From positions 1,054,001-1,118,000 of the forward strand of contig MU053652.1 of assembly GCA_013239625.1 (NCBI GenBank): DNA of 64,000 nucleotides, in the 5' to 3' direction. Numbering within the stretch: position 1 is the first letter of the stretch; each line of letters begins with the position of its first letter. The translations under genes and the position numbers were made by a program. Below, piece by piece: positions 11,680 to 22,380 of the stretch. The DNA is from Lama guanicoe (taxonomy: Eukaryota). Under the pieces are notes generated by a model. That model had not been told where the DNA came from. It was given only the letters and a program-made list of their open reading frames with translations, and did no database searches.

Positions 11680-11698
11680 AGGCCAGCAGGGGACAGTG
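11680..11698 (+). promoter_or_regulatory. Candidate CTCF site
   Basis: aggccagcaggggacagtg core, with ctgttcc just upstream resembling the CTCF upstream module. Confidence 0.4.
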
Positions 11699-11766
11699 AC
11701 AGTGTCCTCATCTCTGATTAGACTACATTCAGGGGTAGAAAGTGGATCTGAAGTTTAATTAGGTGT

Positions 11767-11955
11767 AGGTTGCCGGATTTAACAAATCAAAATACAGGGC
11801 ATCCAATTAAATTTGAATTGCAGATAAAGAACACATTTTTAAGTGTAAGTATACTCCATCTATTTCTTGGAATATACTTAGACCAAAATGTTATTCATTC
11901 CTTCACCTGAAATCCAAATTTAACTGGGTATCCTGTATTTTATCTGACAATCCTG
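11767..11955. mobile_element. MER53 palindromic hAT MITE
   Basis: aggttgccggattt...ttatctgacaatcct, internally palindromic, flanked by an aattagg duplication. Confidence 0.85.
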
Positions 11956-12499
11956 AATTAGGGAGGGGAATGTGTGTGTGTCTGTGTGTCTGTGTGTTTA
12001 GGAGAGAAAATGAGGCTCAGAGAAGGCATGTAGCTTGTCCAGTTTACACAGCCTTATATGGTGGAAGAGGGTCTCTGGTCATTCTACCCTAAGATGGTGT
12101 GAGAAGGTGAAATAGTGGTTTGAAAGATTTGGGGTTTCTTTCCTGATCTCCCATACTGCCTTTTGTGTTTTGTGTTTTATGGCCAGATTTCTAATTAACC
12201 TCTTCTGTTCCTTATATGGGCAATCAACCTCATGGTTTATGTCTCCAATGAAACTGTCGTCTTCTCACAGTTTTCTTATCCTGCCCTGAGATTTAATTTT
12301 GTTCAGGAGTCTTCTCAAGACAAGCAGAAAGTAAAAGAGGACTGTCAATGTATCTTAACCTGGATGGGGGGTTGGTGGGGGAGGTAGCGAAAACATGAAG
12401 CAGAAAAAAGGAACAAATACTCTGTTTTACTGTCCCTTCTTTGCCACATATCACAGAGTACGGGACTTGCTGGATCTGTGTGCATTTACCTTAGAAACA

Positions 12500-12640
12500 A
12501 GCTTTGTGTAAATTGGGGAAACCACTTGACCTCAGGTCTTTCAACTATAAGTAAAAATAATCTCAGCCGAAGCCTGCAAGGAGGCTCCAATGAGAAAAGG
12601 ATGTGAAAGTACTTTGGAAAATGTTAAGGGCTATGATTAT
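12500..12640 (+). mobile_element. MIR fragment
   Basis: Degenerate MIR core (cacttgacctc...aatgagaaaaggatgtgaaagtacttt). Confidence 0.55.
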
Positions 12641-13181
12641 GGGGTTATTTTTATTCTATTTTTTTCCTTTTGGAATACTACATCCAACACATGCTTTGAT
12701 TTCTATAAAAGAAACGTTGTTATTATATTCTCTTCACCTTCACTGTAATCCCAAACAACTAGTTAAAGGTGTTATAAACGGTGATAAAGGAGCTTAACTA
12801 AGGTGAACCAAGCGCCACCTCCAGTATAAATCACTAGCACCTTCCAGTTTCTTGAGTTAAGCCTCTGCATTAGGAGCAGGTGATGGCTGGGTCTCTTTTT
12901 AAAGCTTCAGATGTATGAAAGGAAACGTTCTGGAGCTAAACACCAGGAAACATCTATCAAAACACAAAGAATGCGACAAATTACTTTATAATATGCAGAA
13001 AAATATGCATCTGAATGATCATCTTTAAAGACTTTTTTGGGGGAAAATAACACATTTGTAGATGTTATGCAGGAGGATGGGTGACTGCTTTCTTCTTCTA
13101 TTAAATCTTCCCAGAAAAGGAAACTTTAGGGACTCAAAAGGTGCTTGCAAACCACAGTTCCAGCTCCTCTCTTTATCTTAC

Positions 13182-13476
13182 CGGCCTTTTTTGGACTTTT
13201 GCTCTCAATAAAGCACCGCAATTCTGATGGTTTCATCCATCACCTGTGTTGGGTCTCTGCTTTAATTTTTTTGTTTGTTTTGTTACGTTTTTAAAACATC
13301 CTTGTGGTCTCTCCTTTTATGCCCCACCAATATAGCTAAGTGTTTTCTAGCTGCTTGTGTTCTTCTATCTCTTGCATTCAATCCAGTTTTGTAAATTCAA
13401 GTTACAGCAATTCCCTATCTCTCACAAAAGAGGATGTGCCCCTCTGAAGCCCTTGCATGGGGCCCTCCGCGGCCAT
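13182..13476 (-). pseudogene. Candidate first coding exon of the decayed gene
   Basis: taaATGG start; a single frame reads MAAEGPMQGLQRGTSSFVRDRELL*LEFTKLD*MQEIEEHKQLENT*LYWWG...FIESKSPKKA (5 stops); strong donor CCG|gtaaga, phase 1. Confidence 0.55.
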
Positions 13477-14227
13477 TTAACACTATTTCTCAGTGTTGGT
13501 TGCCAACAAAGGGTTAGACCATAGGTCTCTAAAGGGGAATGGAGGGGGGTCATAAGAGTTAAACGCCAATATTTATTGTATGGGTTGACACTGCCACCCT
13601 CACTCGGTCTATTCAGTCATTTGTCACCAGTGATACGCCAAATGTCTTGAGAAGTGGAGATTCCACAATTGAGATTGACAATGCCCCCCCATTCACTCTA
13701 TTTCATAGAATTGTGCAATATTGCAATTTGCATGTATGCGGTAGCATAGTATTACCTATTATGTTGTTTAATTTTAATCCACCAAATGAAGAAGTAGCTT
13801 TAAAATATTCCTGCAGAGAGGCCATGAACTGAATTGAATTTTAACAAAGCAAGCACAAAGAAACAACAAGAAATTGTCAAAGCTGACACTTTTCCTTCTC
13901 CTGGCTTGAGCTCTAGCTCAGCCGTATTACAGGTAAAAGCAGTGATGATCTAACAGAGCTGACGTTTCTCTTGCATAAAGTTTGTTTCTAGAAAAAGAAA
14001 ACGTTTTGTATCACAAATAAATGAAATAAAATCTGTTTAAAAATATTTTGTATGTCCCCTTAATCATTTAATAGCTATATTGGTAGAGCAGTATCAATAT
14101 TTTGCAACTGTAAACTCAAAAAATTGTTACTGACGGGTATATTCAACAACAACAAAAAATTTTAGCAACCACTGGCTGAAAGTTGGCTTGTTTTATCATC
14201 AATTTAACCATTCAGAATTCAACTTAA

Positions 14228-14266
14228 GTCTACGGCCATACCACCCTGAATGCGCCCGATCTCGTC
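14228..14266 (+). pseudogene. 5S rRNA 5' fragment (nt 1-39), tail-less retropseudogene
   Basis: gtctacggccataccaccctgaatgcgcccgatctcgtc matches the mammalian 5S 5' end with one C>T; flanked by TSD agaattcaacttaa (14214-14227 and 14267-14280). Confidence 0.95.
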
Positions 14267-14477
14267 AGAATTCAACTTAATAAGTAATTATTTAAGACCT
14301 GCCTTGTGCCACAGACTGGCCTGGGCTCCTGGGAATGAAGGTTGGGATGGGAGGTAAGAGAACTATATTAAACAGTCTCTATATTACAGACTTTTGAGTC
14401 GAGTTTACAATGTTTCAAGGAAAGTCCAGTTTTTTCCTGGTAACAAATATAGCTATTGGAACTTAAAAGCTGTTGTA

Positions 14478-14650
14478 TTTTTTTTACTGTGGTAAAATAT
14501 AGATAACACAAAATTTACCACTTAGACCACTTGCTCCTGTACAATTAAATGGCATTCAGTGTATTCACAATGTTGTGCAACCATCACCACTATTCGTTTT
14601 CAGAAAATTTTCATCATCCCAAACAGAAACTTGTACCCATTAGACAGTAC
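14478..14650 (-). mobile_element. L1MB-like 3' end
   Basis: tgtggtaaaatat..cacaatgttgtgcaaccatcaccacta. Confidence 0.85.
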
Positions 14651-15264
14651 CTTTCGCCAAAGGGATGTTCAAACTGTTCATATTCTGGATTGCTTTCATT
14701 TTTCTGTTCCTTAATTCCTTCAAAGTCTGGACATTAGGCATTAAATATGGAATCATCAAATAATTAGCCAGCGTTACTGATTGAAATGTTTTAAGCCCAA
14801 ATAAAATAAGGCATTAACCTGTATTGTATAACTGCTGATCAATTAGAACTAGAAACTTTAAAGTCAATGAACGAATGAGTTAGTCAATTGAGTTGCAAAT
14901 TTGGGGGACAACTGGATGCAGACCAGTCCAGCAACAGAGGCCAATTAGTTCAAATGTCCACGGAACAAAGACATCAGGTAGGCAGAAATAAGAATTAGAG
15001 CTGTATCTTTTAGAATTTGGCCATCCAACTGTGTGTGGAACCCAGATGTTCTATTCTGACTTGCCTATCTGTCACCAGGTGTATACGCAGACCCGAGAGT
15101 CCTGCAATCTGCTTACTACCGCCCCTGCCCCTGGGCCAATGTGTAAACTTGACAGTTAGACCTATTTTATTTTCAGTCTTAGGAATCATACCAAAGTACT
15201 GTGGGAGGAGGGTTGGGAGGGCAGGTGGGCAGAAGAATGAGAAATAACATACCTCAGTGTATCA

Positions 15265-16180
15265 TTTGTCCCTGATACTCCTTTCATTTTGAATTTTGTC
15301 AGAAGCAGTCCCTTAGACAAGTATTCAAGTGAAGGTGGTTTATTTGGGAGAAGCAGGAACCCGCGTAAGGAAGTGGGGAGGTGAGAAAGGGATGGGAAGG
15401 CAGCCAGTAAGGGGCCCGCAGCAGCTAACTTCCGCCTGAGTGATTGACGTATCACCCCATAAGAAGCTCTGGTAAATGGTATAGAACACACATCTGAATC
15501 ATCTGAGCCAAGGGTTGAAGGAGCTAGGGTATTGCAGGGCAGACAAAACATGTTTCCCTCTACCGTTCTGAGTTCTTTGCGGAGACCTCTGTAGTAAAAG
15601 ACAGATTGACAAGAGAAAAACAAACAGAAGTTCATTAACCTGTACACCCCATACATCAGAGAGACCCAGTGGAAAATGAATCATTCTCTGAGGTGGCGTA
15701 GAACTGGGCTTAAATACCATGTTAATAGGGCAAGGAGAGGATAAGTGATTTTTAGAAAAGATGAATGGACCCTTAGAAGAGTATCCAGTGTGACAGTTTG
15801 TGACAACATTTGTCTGGGTTTGGGGCTGACTTCCAGTTTCCTCTCCTGTGATGAGTCAATCTTCCCTGGTTGATGAAACTCCTGGGGAGGGGTCATTGTG
15901 GTTTTGATTTTCATTTCTCTAATAATTAGGGAATTTATGACAGTTGAGTTCCTTTTGGAGGATCCATCTTTAGGCAAATAAGGGGAGTTCAGAGAAACCT
16001 CTTCCTGCATTTGCTGTTTTTCAAGTACCTGCACCTCAAACATAATCAATATACCAAAGTGGCATATTGTGCAGCGGCATGTCCTGAACTCACGCAGTCA
16101 TATTCTGGAGTGACATCTTCTGCTTTTCTCCAGTATTTATATACCAACTCTCCACAGTCACTGTTCGAGGGCGTTCTCAA
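15265..16180 (-). mobile_element. Old ERVL-type LTR interrupted by an ERV1 LTR
   Basis: cagaagcagtcccttagacaag..gtttatttgggag; resumes after 16136. Confidence 0.6.
15533..16132 (-). mobile_element. Solo ERV1 LTR (MER34/MER39-like, 600 bp)
   Basis: TG...CA ends with 4-bp TSD gtat (15529-15532 and 16133-16136). Confidence 0.85.
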
Positions 16181-16239
16181 GGGTTAATTAAAAAATAGCA
16201 TACAATGTGAGCCTGCATTTGAATTCATATAAGAAGTTG

Positions 16240-16875
16240 GAGAGGGAGACCAAAGGCTTTGAGGACTTGAAAACATAATGAGCAGTTAGAAGTTTATTCT
16301 TGGAATCAAGAATTTTATTCCAGAATTTACTCCTGAATCATTGGAAAGCATTTTCACCATGGGAATGTTACCTCGCTTATATTTTTAGTTAAGATGACTC
16401 TGGCTGCTGTGTGCAGCATAAATCATAGGAGAGCAATAGTTGAAACAGAGAAACCAATTAGAAGCTATTTTAAATCAGTAAACGGGGCAGTAGATGATGG
16501 GGGCTCAGGTTAGGGTGATGGCAGTAGAAATTGAGAGAAGCAGCGTGATTTAAGGTATTTTGAATCAACAATATTGTAATTAAAGAGTGAGAGAAAGAGA
16601 AAAGTCAATGGTGGGTCAGGTTTTTGACTTGAACATCTAGGAGACTGGCAGTGCTAATTCTGGAAAGGCTGGTGAAGCACATGTTTGGGGGTAAAAATCA
16701 GGAATTCTGTTTCTAACGTATTATGCTTGAGATGTCAGTTAGACATGCAAGTGAAGCTGCTAAGTAGGCAGCTGGAGCTAGATTTTAAAGAAGTCTGGCT
16801 TGAGATATAAATTTAGGCTTAATAACATCAATTTAGGTGTCAAAAACAGAGATAACATTTAAAGCCATGAGATCA
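16240..16875 (-). mobile_element. LINE-2
   Basis: aagatgactctggctgctgtgtg, gagatgtcagttagacatgcaagtg and aaagccatgaga motifs. Confidence 0.8.
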
Positions 16876-16914
16876 AATTTCCAGTTTTAAAATAGTTGCA
16901 GAAGACATTTCTGC

Positions 16915-17405
16915 CCCTGTGCAGGTATCTTCTGTTCGCCCCTCCAGCCCCTCTCCACCTCTTTCCGCCCTGCTTTCTGCCTCAAGGGGATTGATACGTA
17001 TGGATGGGGCCAGCAGGGGGCTCCCTTGACTTCTGGCTCCTGGTTGAGTTCCAACTGTCCGGGACCTGTCCCCCACCCCTAGGAGATGAGAAGAAGGAAA
17101 GATGACAAGGTCCTTTGGTTGCCTTCTTACAGGGTTGCCTCAACGAAAGGTTGCTGTTACTCTTTCAAGATGGCTTCCGCTGTTTCAGTCTCTCTTCTGG
17201 ATCCCAGTTACCGCTTCCTATTTCCTCCCTCAGCCTGGGAGCTGGGGTGAGTAACAGCTCTGCATAGCTAGTCTCTGACACTGTTGTATCCCCTGTGGTA
17301 CCCCCGTCTAGCTCATACCATTGTAAATAGTCCGTTGATGGAACATTCCTCAAATCATACTAAGCTTAGCATGCCTTGTGTCTCTTCTTGGGATCTTGAA
17401 TAATA
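16915..17405 (+). mobile_element. ERVL-type LTR (LTR41/LTR33-like, family uncertain)
   Basis: 3' end ttgtaaatagtcc...cttgggatcttgaataata resembles this LTR class. Confidence 0.55.
17006..17024 (+). promoter_or_regulatory. Candidate CTCF site inside the LTR
   Basis: ggccagcagggggctc, a close match to the CTCF core. Confidence 0.45.
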
Positions 17406-18559
17406 TACCCCCTTTCTCCTCTTCGATATCACCCCCCAAACAGAAATGAGAGCGGTGAACAGAAGCACAAACTCTTTTTCGTCGTGTGTAACCCCAAGTC
17501 ACACCGTGCGAAGATGGAAGTGAGTGAGGAATGAGAAATGATTTGGCAAAGCTTAACAAACTCAAGAACTGGAGGCACCAGCTTCTTTGGAAGCAGGGGT
17601 GAGGCAAAGAGATAGCACAAGAAGATCATTTAGAAGGCTGTCTAGCAACATGTGTGTTCCCACCTCTCCTTCAAATCCAGGAGATAAGAAATTCATCTTC
17701 CGGAGAAATTAAACCCAAGAGGGTCACAATTGGAGCAGTGGTGCCAAGAGGAATATTTTCAGGAAATAAAAATTAGAATAGATCAATTTCCTGACAAGTT
17801 TGACTATGAAGAAAATCCTTTGCAGTGGAATTTTACATTTCTCTGTGGTTATACCGGAAAGCTTAACTCTACCTTCAAAGAATATTAAGCAAGTGAAAAA
17901 TGAGTATATTTTTAACTCCAGGTAAAACAAAAATTTGCTCAAGAAAATAAACGTAATTATGGCACATCCGTTGGCTCAGCAGTGAATAGTATTTATATAC
18001 TCAATATACTGAAAACAGATTTTACATGTAACTATTGGGGAAAAAAGGAGGTTTCCAAACACTTAAAACACATATACCTTATGGCCCAGAAATTCCATTT
18101 AAAATAATTGATATACTGTATATTTGCACATATTCAAGGATATTTATAATAATGTTGCTTCAAACAGGAAAATGTCGAGGACAACCTAAAGGACAATAGA
18201 ATTAAATCAATAGTGTTCCAAACAATGAAATAGTATTCAACCATCAGAAAGAATGAGGCAGTGCTTTTCAGATGTATTCACATTGAAAACATCTCCAAGA
18301 CACATTAAGTGGAGGAAAAAAAAAAGCACGATTCAGAGTATTATACAAACTTTCTCTAAAAATGCGTTTGTGATTATACATGTCAAGAATACCTCTAAGA
18401 AGGGGACACAAGACACTGGTACGATCAGTTGCCTCCGAGGAAGGGAACCAGGTGGCCAGCGGATGGTGTGGGAGATAAACTGGGATGGGCTAAAAGAGTG
18501 GTGTGTTTTGTTATAAGAGCCTCTGGCATTGTTTGACTTTTTTATAAGTATGCGTAGTA

Positions 18560-18797
18560 TCCCCCTAAATCAATACCTGAATCTCTCTCATCGTCATTTG
18601 TGAGTACACACAGAACAGTGAAAAATCTGAGTCACCCAATGCACACATTCCCAACTGACATCCAGCAAGGCGACCTTCTGTCTTCAGTTCTCAAACTGGA
18701 AACGAGCATCTTTTTTGCAGCCTATTTAGCACCATGCATGTTTTCTGTACTCTTGTACTTTGCGATGGTGATTTCACTGCTTAGAATGGCCTCCCCA
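18560..18797 (+). mobile_element. TcMar-Tigger fragment (MER82-like)
   Basis: gaaaaatctgagtcacccaatgcacacattcccaactga...gtgatttcactgcttagaatggcc. Confidence 0.7.
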
Positions 18798-18829
18798 GCG
18801 CACTGCATTTATGTAACTGTTTCTATAGG

Positions 18830-21195
18830 ATGGGTTTCACGTAGAAGTGGAATTTCTGGATAAAAGAAAGTGAAAATTAAACTTTTGGAAAGCTACCTCC
18901 AAATTTTGTTCCCAAATTTATCTTCTCGGTCTCAGTGTATGGAAAACTTGATTACCCCTGCGCTTATCAACACTGGGGATTATCAATCTTTTAAATTTTT
19001 ACTAATTTGATGGGCAAATAATGCTATCTCATTTTAACATTTAAAAATTGTGCATAGTATTCACATGGAAAACTGCACCTAAGTGTTCAGTTCAGTGAAT
19101 TTTTGAAAAATGAATGCAAATGTGTGACACAACACCCAAATCAAGCACCCTGTTCCAATCACTACCCCAATTTTAAGACTTCACTTTTAAGAGCACAGAT
19201 TCTTTTTGCCTATTTTTTAGTTCAAATCTATGGAATCATAAAATAATCATATATAACTTTTGCATCTGACTCTTTTGACTGGACATGTTTGTAAGATTTC
19301 TTCTCATTGTTGCAGGGTGCTGTGAGCTATTCATGCTCACTGCTCTGGCTCACTGTGATTTTAAATTAGTATTTTGTTGATCCTAGTATAACAGTATTTA
19401 GTTTATAGACAGATAACAGATGCCTTTATAATATTAAATCTCCCCATTTAGAAATGCAGCATGTCTCTTATTTTTCATTTTATTATAGACATGGCACATT
19501 TCTTATTAGATGGCCTTCTAAGTACTGTATAGCTTTCATTGCTATTATGAAAGAAACTCCTTTATTTCTATTACATAACATTATTGAATTTTTAAGAGCA
19601 AAAGGGAAATATGATTTTTATATGCTGATTTCAAATCTGAGCAAATTTCTGAACTTTCTTATCAACCCTAATGGTTTTAATTAATTATCTTGAAATTTCT
19701 AGTTAAATACTAATTTGTAAAGGCACAAATAAGGACAGTTTTGTTACATTCCCCCAATATTTGTGACTTCTTTGTCTTCTGCTCAAAGTTCCAGGACAAA
19801 GTTGAAGCACTGAGTGAACGCAGATCCCTTCCCACACTGATTAGTGGGAATGTTTCCAGTGTTCCACCCAAAGCTCCACTGCTTGCTCTGAAATTATGGC
19901 ACATGTCATTTATCAGGTTAAGGGTGTTTTCTTCCTTTCCTATTTTAGTATGAGGTTTTTAATGTTAATCAGAAATAGAAACTGCATTTGAACAGATTTT
20001 TAAAGCATGTATCAATGTTAATTTCCCCCTTTGTTAATCTAGAAAATTATATGAAAAGATTTTCCAACACTGCAATTTCTTTATATTCATGGGATTAAAT
20101 GATACTTGGCTGTAGATATATCTATATTTTGACTTTGAAATATATTACTTACAATTTTTACTTGTATTTATACCCATATGGTTTTTTTCTTGTTGTTCTA
20201 TTCTGCCTGTATAGCAAGCTGAGATGCTTTCTATCTTTGTCTATTCCTGGAAAAATGTGTGTGAGAATTACCTGTTTCTTCTTTTTTTTCTTTTTTCTCT
20301 TTGCTCTCTCTCTCTTCTTCTTTTTTTTTTTTGTATACATATATTTATCAAACTGTAGTCAGTTTACAATGTTGTGTCAATTTCTGTTGTACAGCATAAT
20401 GCTTCAGTCATACATGAACATACATATATTCATTTTCAGATTCTTTTTCACCATAAGTTGCTGCAAGATGTGGACTATAGTTCCCTGTGCTATACAGTAT
20501 AGACTTGTTTTCTTGAAAGTTTGGTAGAACTTGTCTATCAATTGTCTGGGACTGAGCCTTTTAAAGGATAGATCTTTGATTACCTATTCACTTACTTTCA
20601 TAGTTACTGAGTTGTTCAGTTTTCTATGTCTTATTTCTCCTTAATACGTAAATTGATATTTTTTTCTGGAAAATTATTCATTTTATCTATATTTTCAAAC
20701 ATAAAGGTATAAAATTTACATAATCTCTTGTAATTTAAAAAGCTACTGGTGGACTTTAGTTCATTTCCTTTCTTTTTTCTAAGGTTCATTATTTTTTTCT
20801 CATTTACCTTTGTACAAATTGCCAAAAATTGTTTATTTTACTGCTTTTAAAAATTCATATTTATATTGATATTATATTTATATTCTGTTTCATGAACTTC
20901 TGTTTTTATTTTTATAACACTTCTTTACTTTTGTGGTTTTTTCAAAGTTTCTTCTGATGAATTACTAGATCATTTATTTTTAATCTTTCTTATTTTCTAA
21001 TAACTATATTTAAGGCTATGCATTTTCTTTGTCCACACCCCACAGGTTTTGATATGTGGGGCAGTTGTGGCCATTTATTTCTCAATAATTTGTCATTTCA
21101 GCATTGATTTCCTGTTTAAGCCAAGAATTACTAGACGTGTCTTTGAAATATCCCAGTTGTATTTTGGGGGCATTGATTTTCCTCTTTAACCCATG
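18830..21195 (-). mobile_element. Highly decayed old L1 fragments
   Basis: T-rich antisense L1 ORF2 and 3' motifs throughout. Confidence 0.65.
20275..20510 (-). mobile_element. Lineage-specific L1 3' end with long T-rich tail
   Basis: agtcagtttacaatgttgtgtcaatttc...ttccctgtgctatacagt. Confidence 0.9.
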
Positions 21196-21324
21196 AAAAG
21201 GCATAACAATGTGAATATATTTAACACTACTGAACTGGACACTTAAAAATAGTTAAGATGTTATATATTATGTTATGTATATTTTACCATAATTTTAAAA
21301 AATTTTAATGCAAAAAAAGGATAA

Positions 21325-21630
21325 ACAGATTTCTGGGTAGGCTCATCATAATTACAAGGGTCTTTAAAAATGGAAGAGGGAGGCAGAAAAATGTGAGAAA
21401 TGGCAGTGTCAGAAGGACGTGGCCCATTCTCACTGCCTTTGAAGATGGAAAAAGGGGTTATGAGCTGAGAAACAGAGCATCCCCATAGAAGCTGGAATCG
21501 GCCAGGAAGGAGATTCTCCCCTAGAGCTTCCAGAAAGGAATACAGCCCTGTGGACACTTGACTTTTAACCCAGACCCATTTGGACTTCTGACCTCCAGAA
21601 CTGAAATATAATAAATTTGCATTGTTTTCA
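21325..21630 (+). mobile_element. MaLR LTR (MLT1C/D-like)
   Basis: gattctcccctagagcttccagaa...gacttctgacctccagaactg..aataaattt. Confidence 0.85.
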
Positions 21631-21774
21631 CTCCCCCCAAAATTGTCTAAAAATTATTTTTAAAAAATCCAGTTGAACAGACTTTAAGAGAGGCTGTTAT
21701 TAGGCTAATTCTAATGAGCTTTTATTATAGGCAACATATAAATAAGCCCTAAATTTAATATGAGATACATAAGT

Positions 21775-22240
21775 TTTAATTTTTTAATTATAGTTGATTT
21801 ACAATGTTGTGTTATTTCTGGTGTACAGCATAGTGATTCAGTTGTATATATATGTTATATATATATATATTCCTTTTCATATTCTTTTTCATTATAGGAT
21901 ATTACAAGGTATTGAATATAGTTCCCTGTGCTGTACAGTAGGACATTGTTGTTTATCTATTTTATATATAGTACTTAATATCTGCAAATCCCAAACTCTC
22001 AATTTATCTCTCCTCATCCCCTTTCCCCACTGGTAACCATAAGTTTGTTTTCTATGTCTGTAAGTCTGTTTCTGTTTCATAAATAAGTTCATTTGTGTCA
22101 TTTTTTTAGATTCCGCATATGTGATATCATATAGTATATATTTTTCTCTTTCTAGCTTACTTAGTATGATGATTTCCAGATCCATGCACGCTGCTGCAAA
22201 TGGCATTATTTTGTTCTTTTTTATGGCTGAGTAGCATTCC

Positions 22241-22277
<37 letters not shown>

Positions 22278-22380
22278 ATACACCACACTTCTTTATCCAG
22301 TCATCTGTTGGTGGACATTTAGGTTGCTTCCATGTCTTGGCTATTGTAAATAGTGCTGCTGTGCACACTGGGGTGCATGG
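21775..22380 (-). mobile_element. L1 3' portion (ORF2 C-terminus and 3' UTR) with internal (TG)n at 22243-22275
   Basis: ORF translation [20 protein letters not shown]. Confidence 0.95.

Larger units (their letters stand above)
2309..13476 (-). pseudogene. Putative unitary (intron-containing) pseudogene of an unidentified ~850-900 aa protein
   Basis: Chain of repeat-free exon-like blocks on the minus strand, bounded by pyrimidine-AG acceptors and GT or degenerate donors, mostly phase compatible: 13476-13182 (ATG), 12315-12157 (tentative), 11501-11414, 11314-11270, 11145-10951, 10165-9977, 9826-~9620, 9107-8863, 8722-8553, 8148-7043 (split by L1), 6343-6232, 5585-5529, 5166-4975, 3847-3785, 3706-3501, 2931-2802, 2448-2309. 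Multiple in-frame stops and frameshifts. Manual reconstruction, no homology search. Confidence 0.6.

Noticed and set aside
12811..12826. Additional CTCF-like motifs (also 60321-60332 and 39581-39594)
   Set aside because: Each matches only part of the core.
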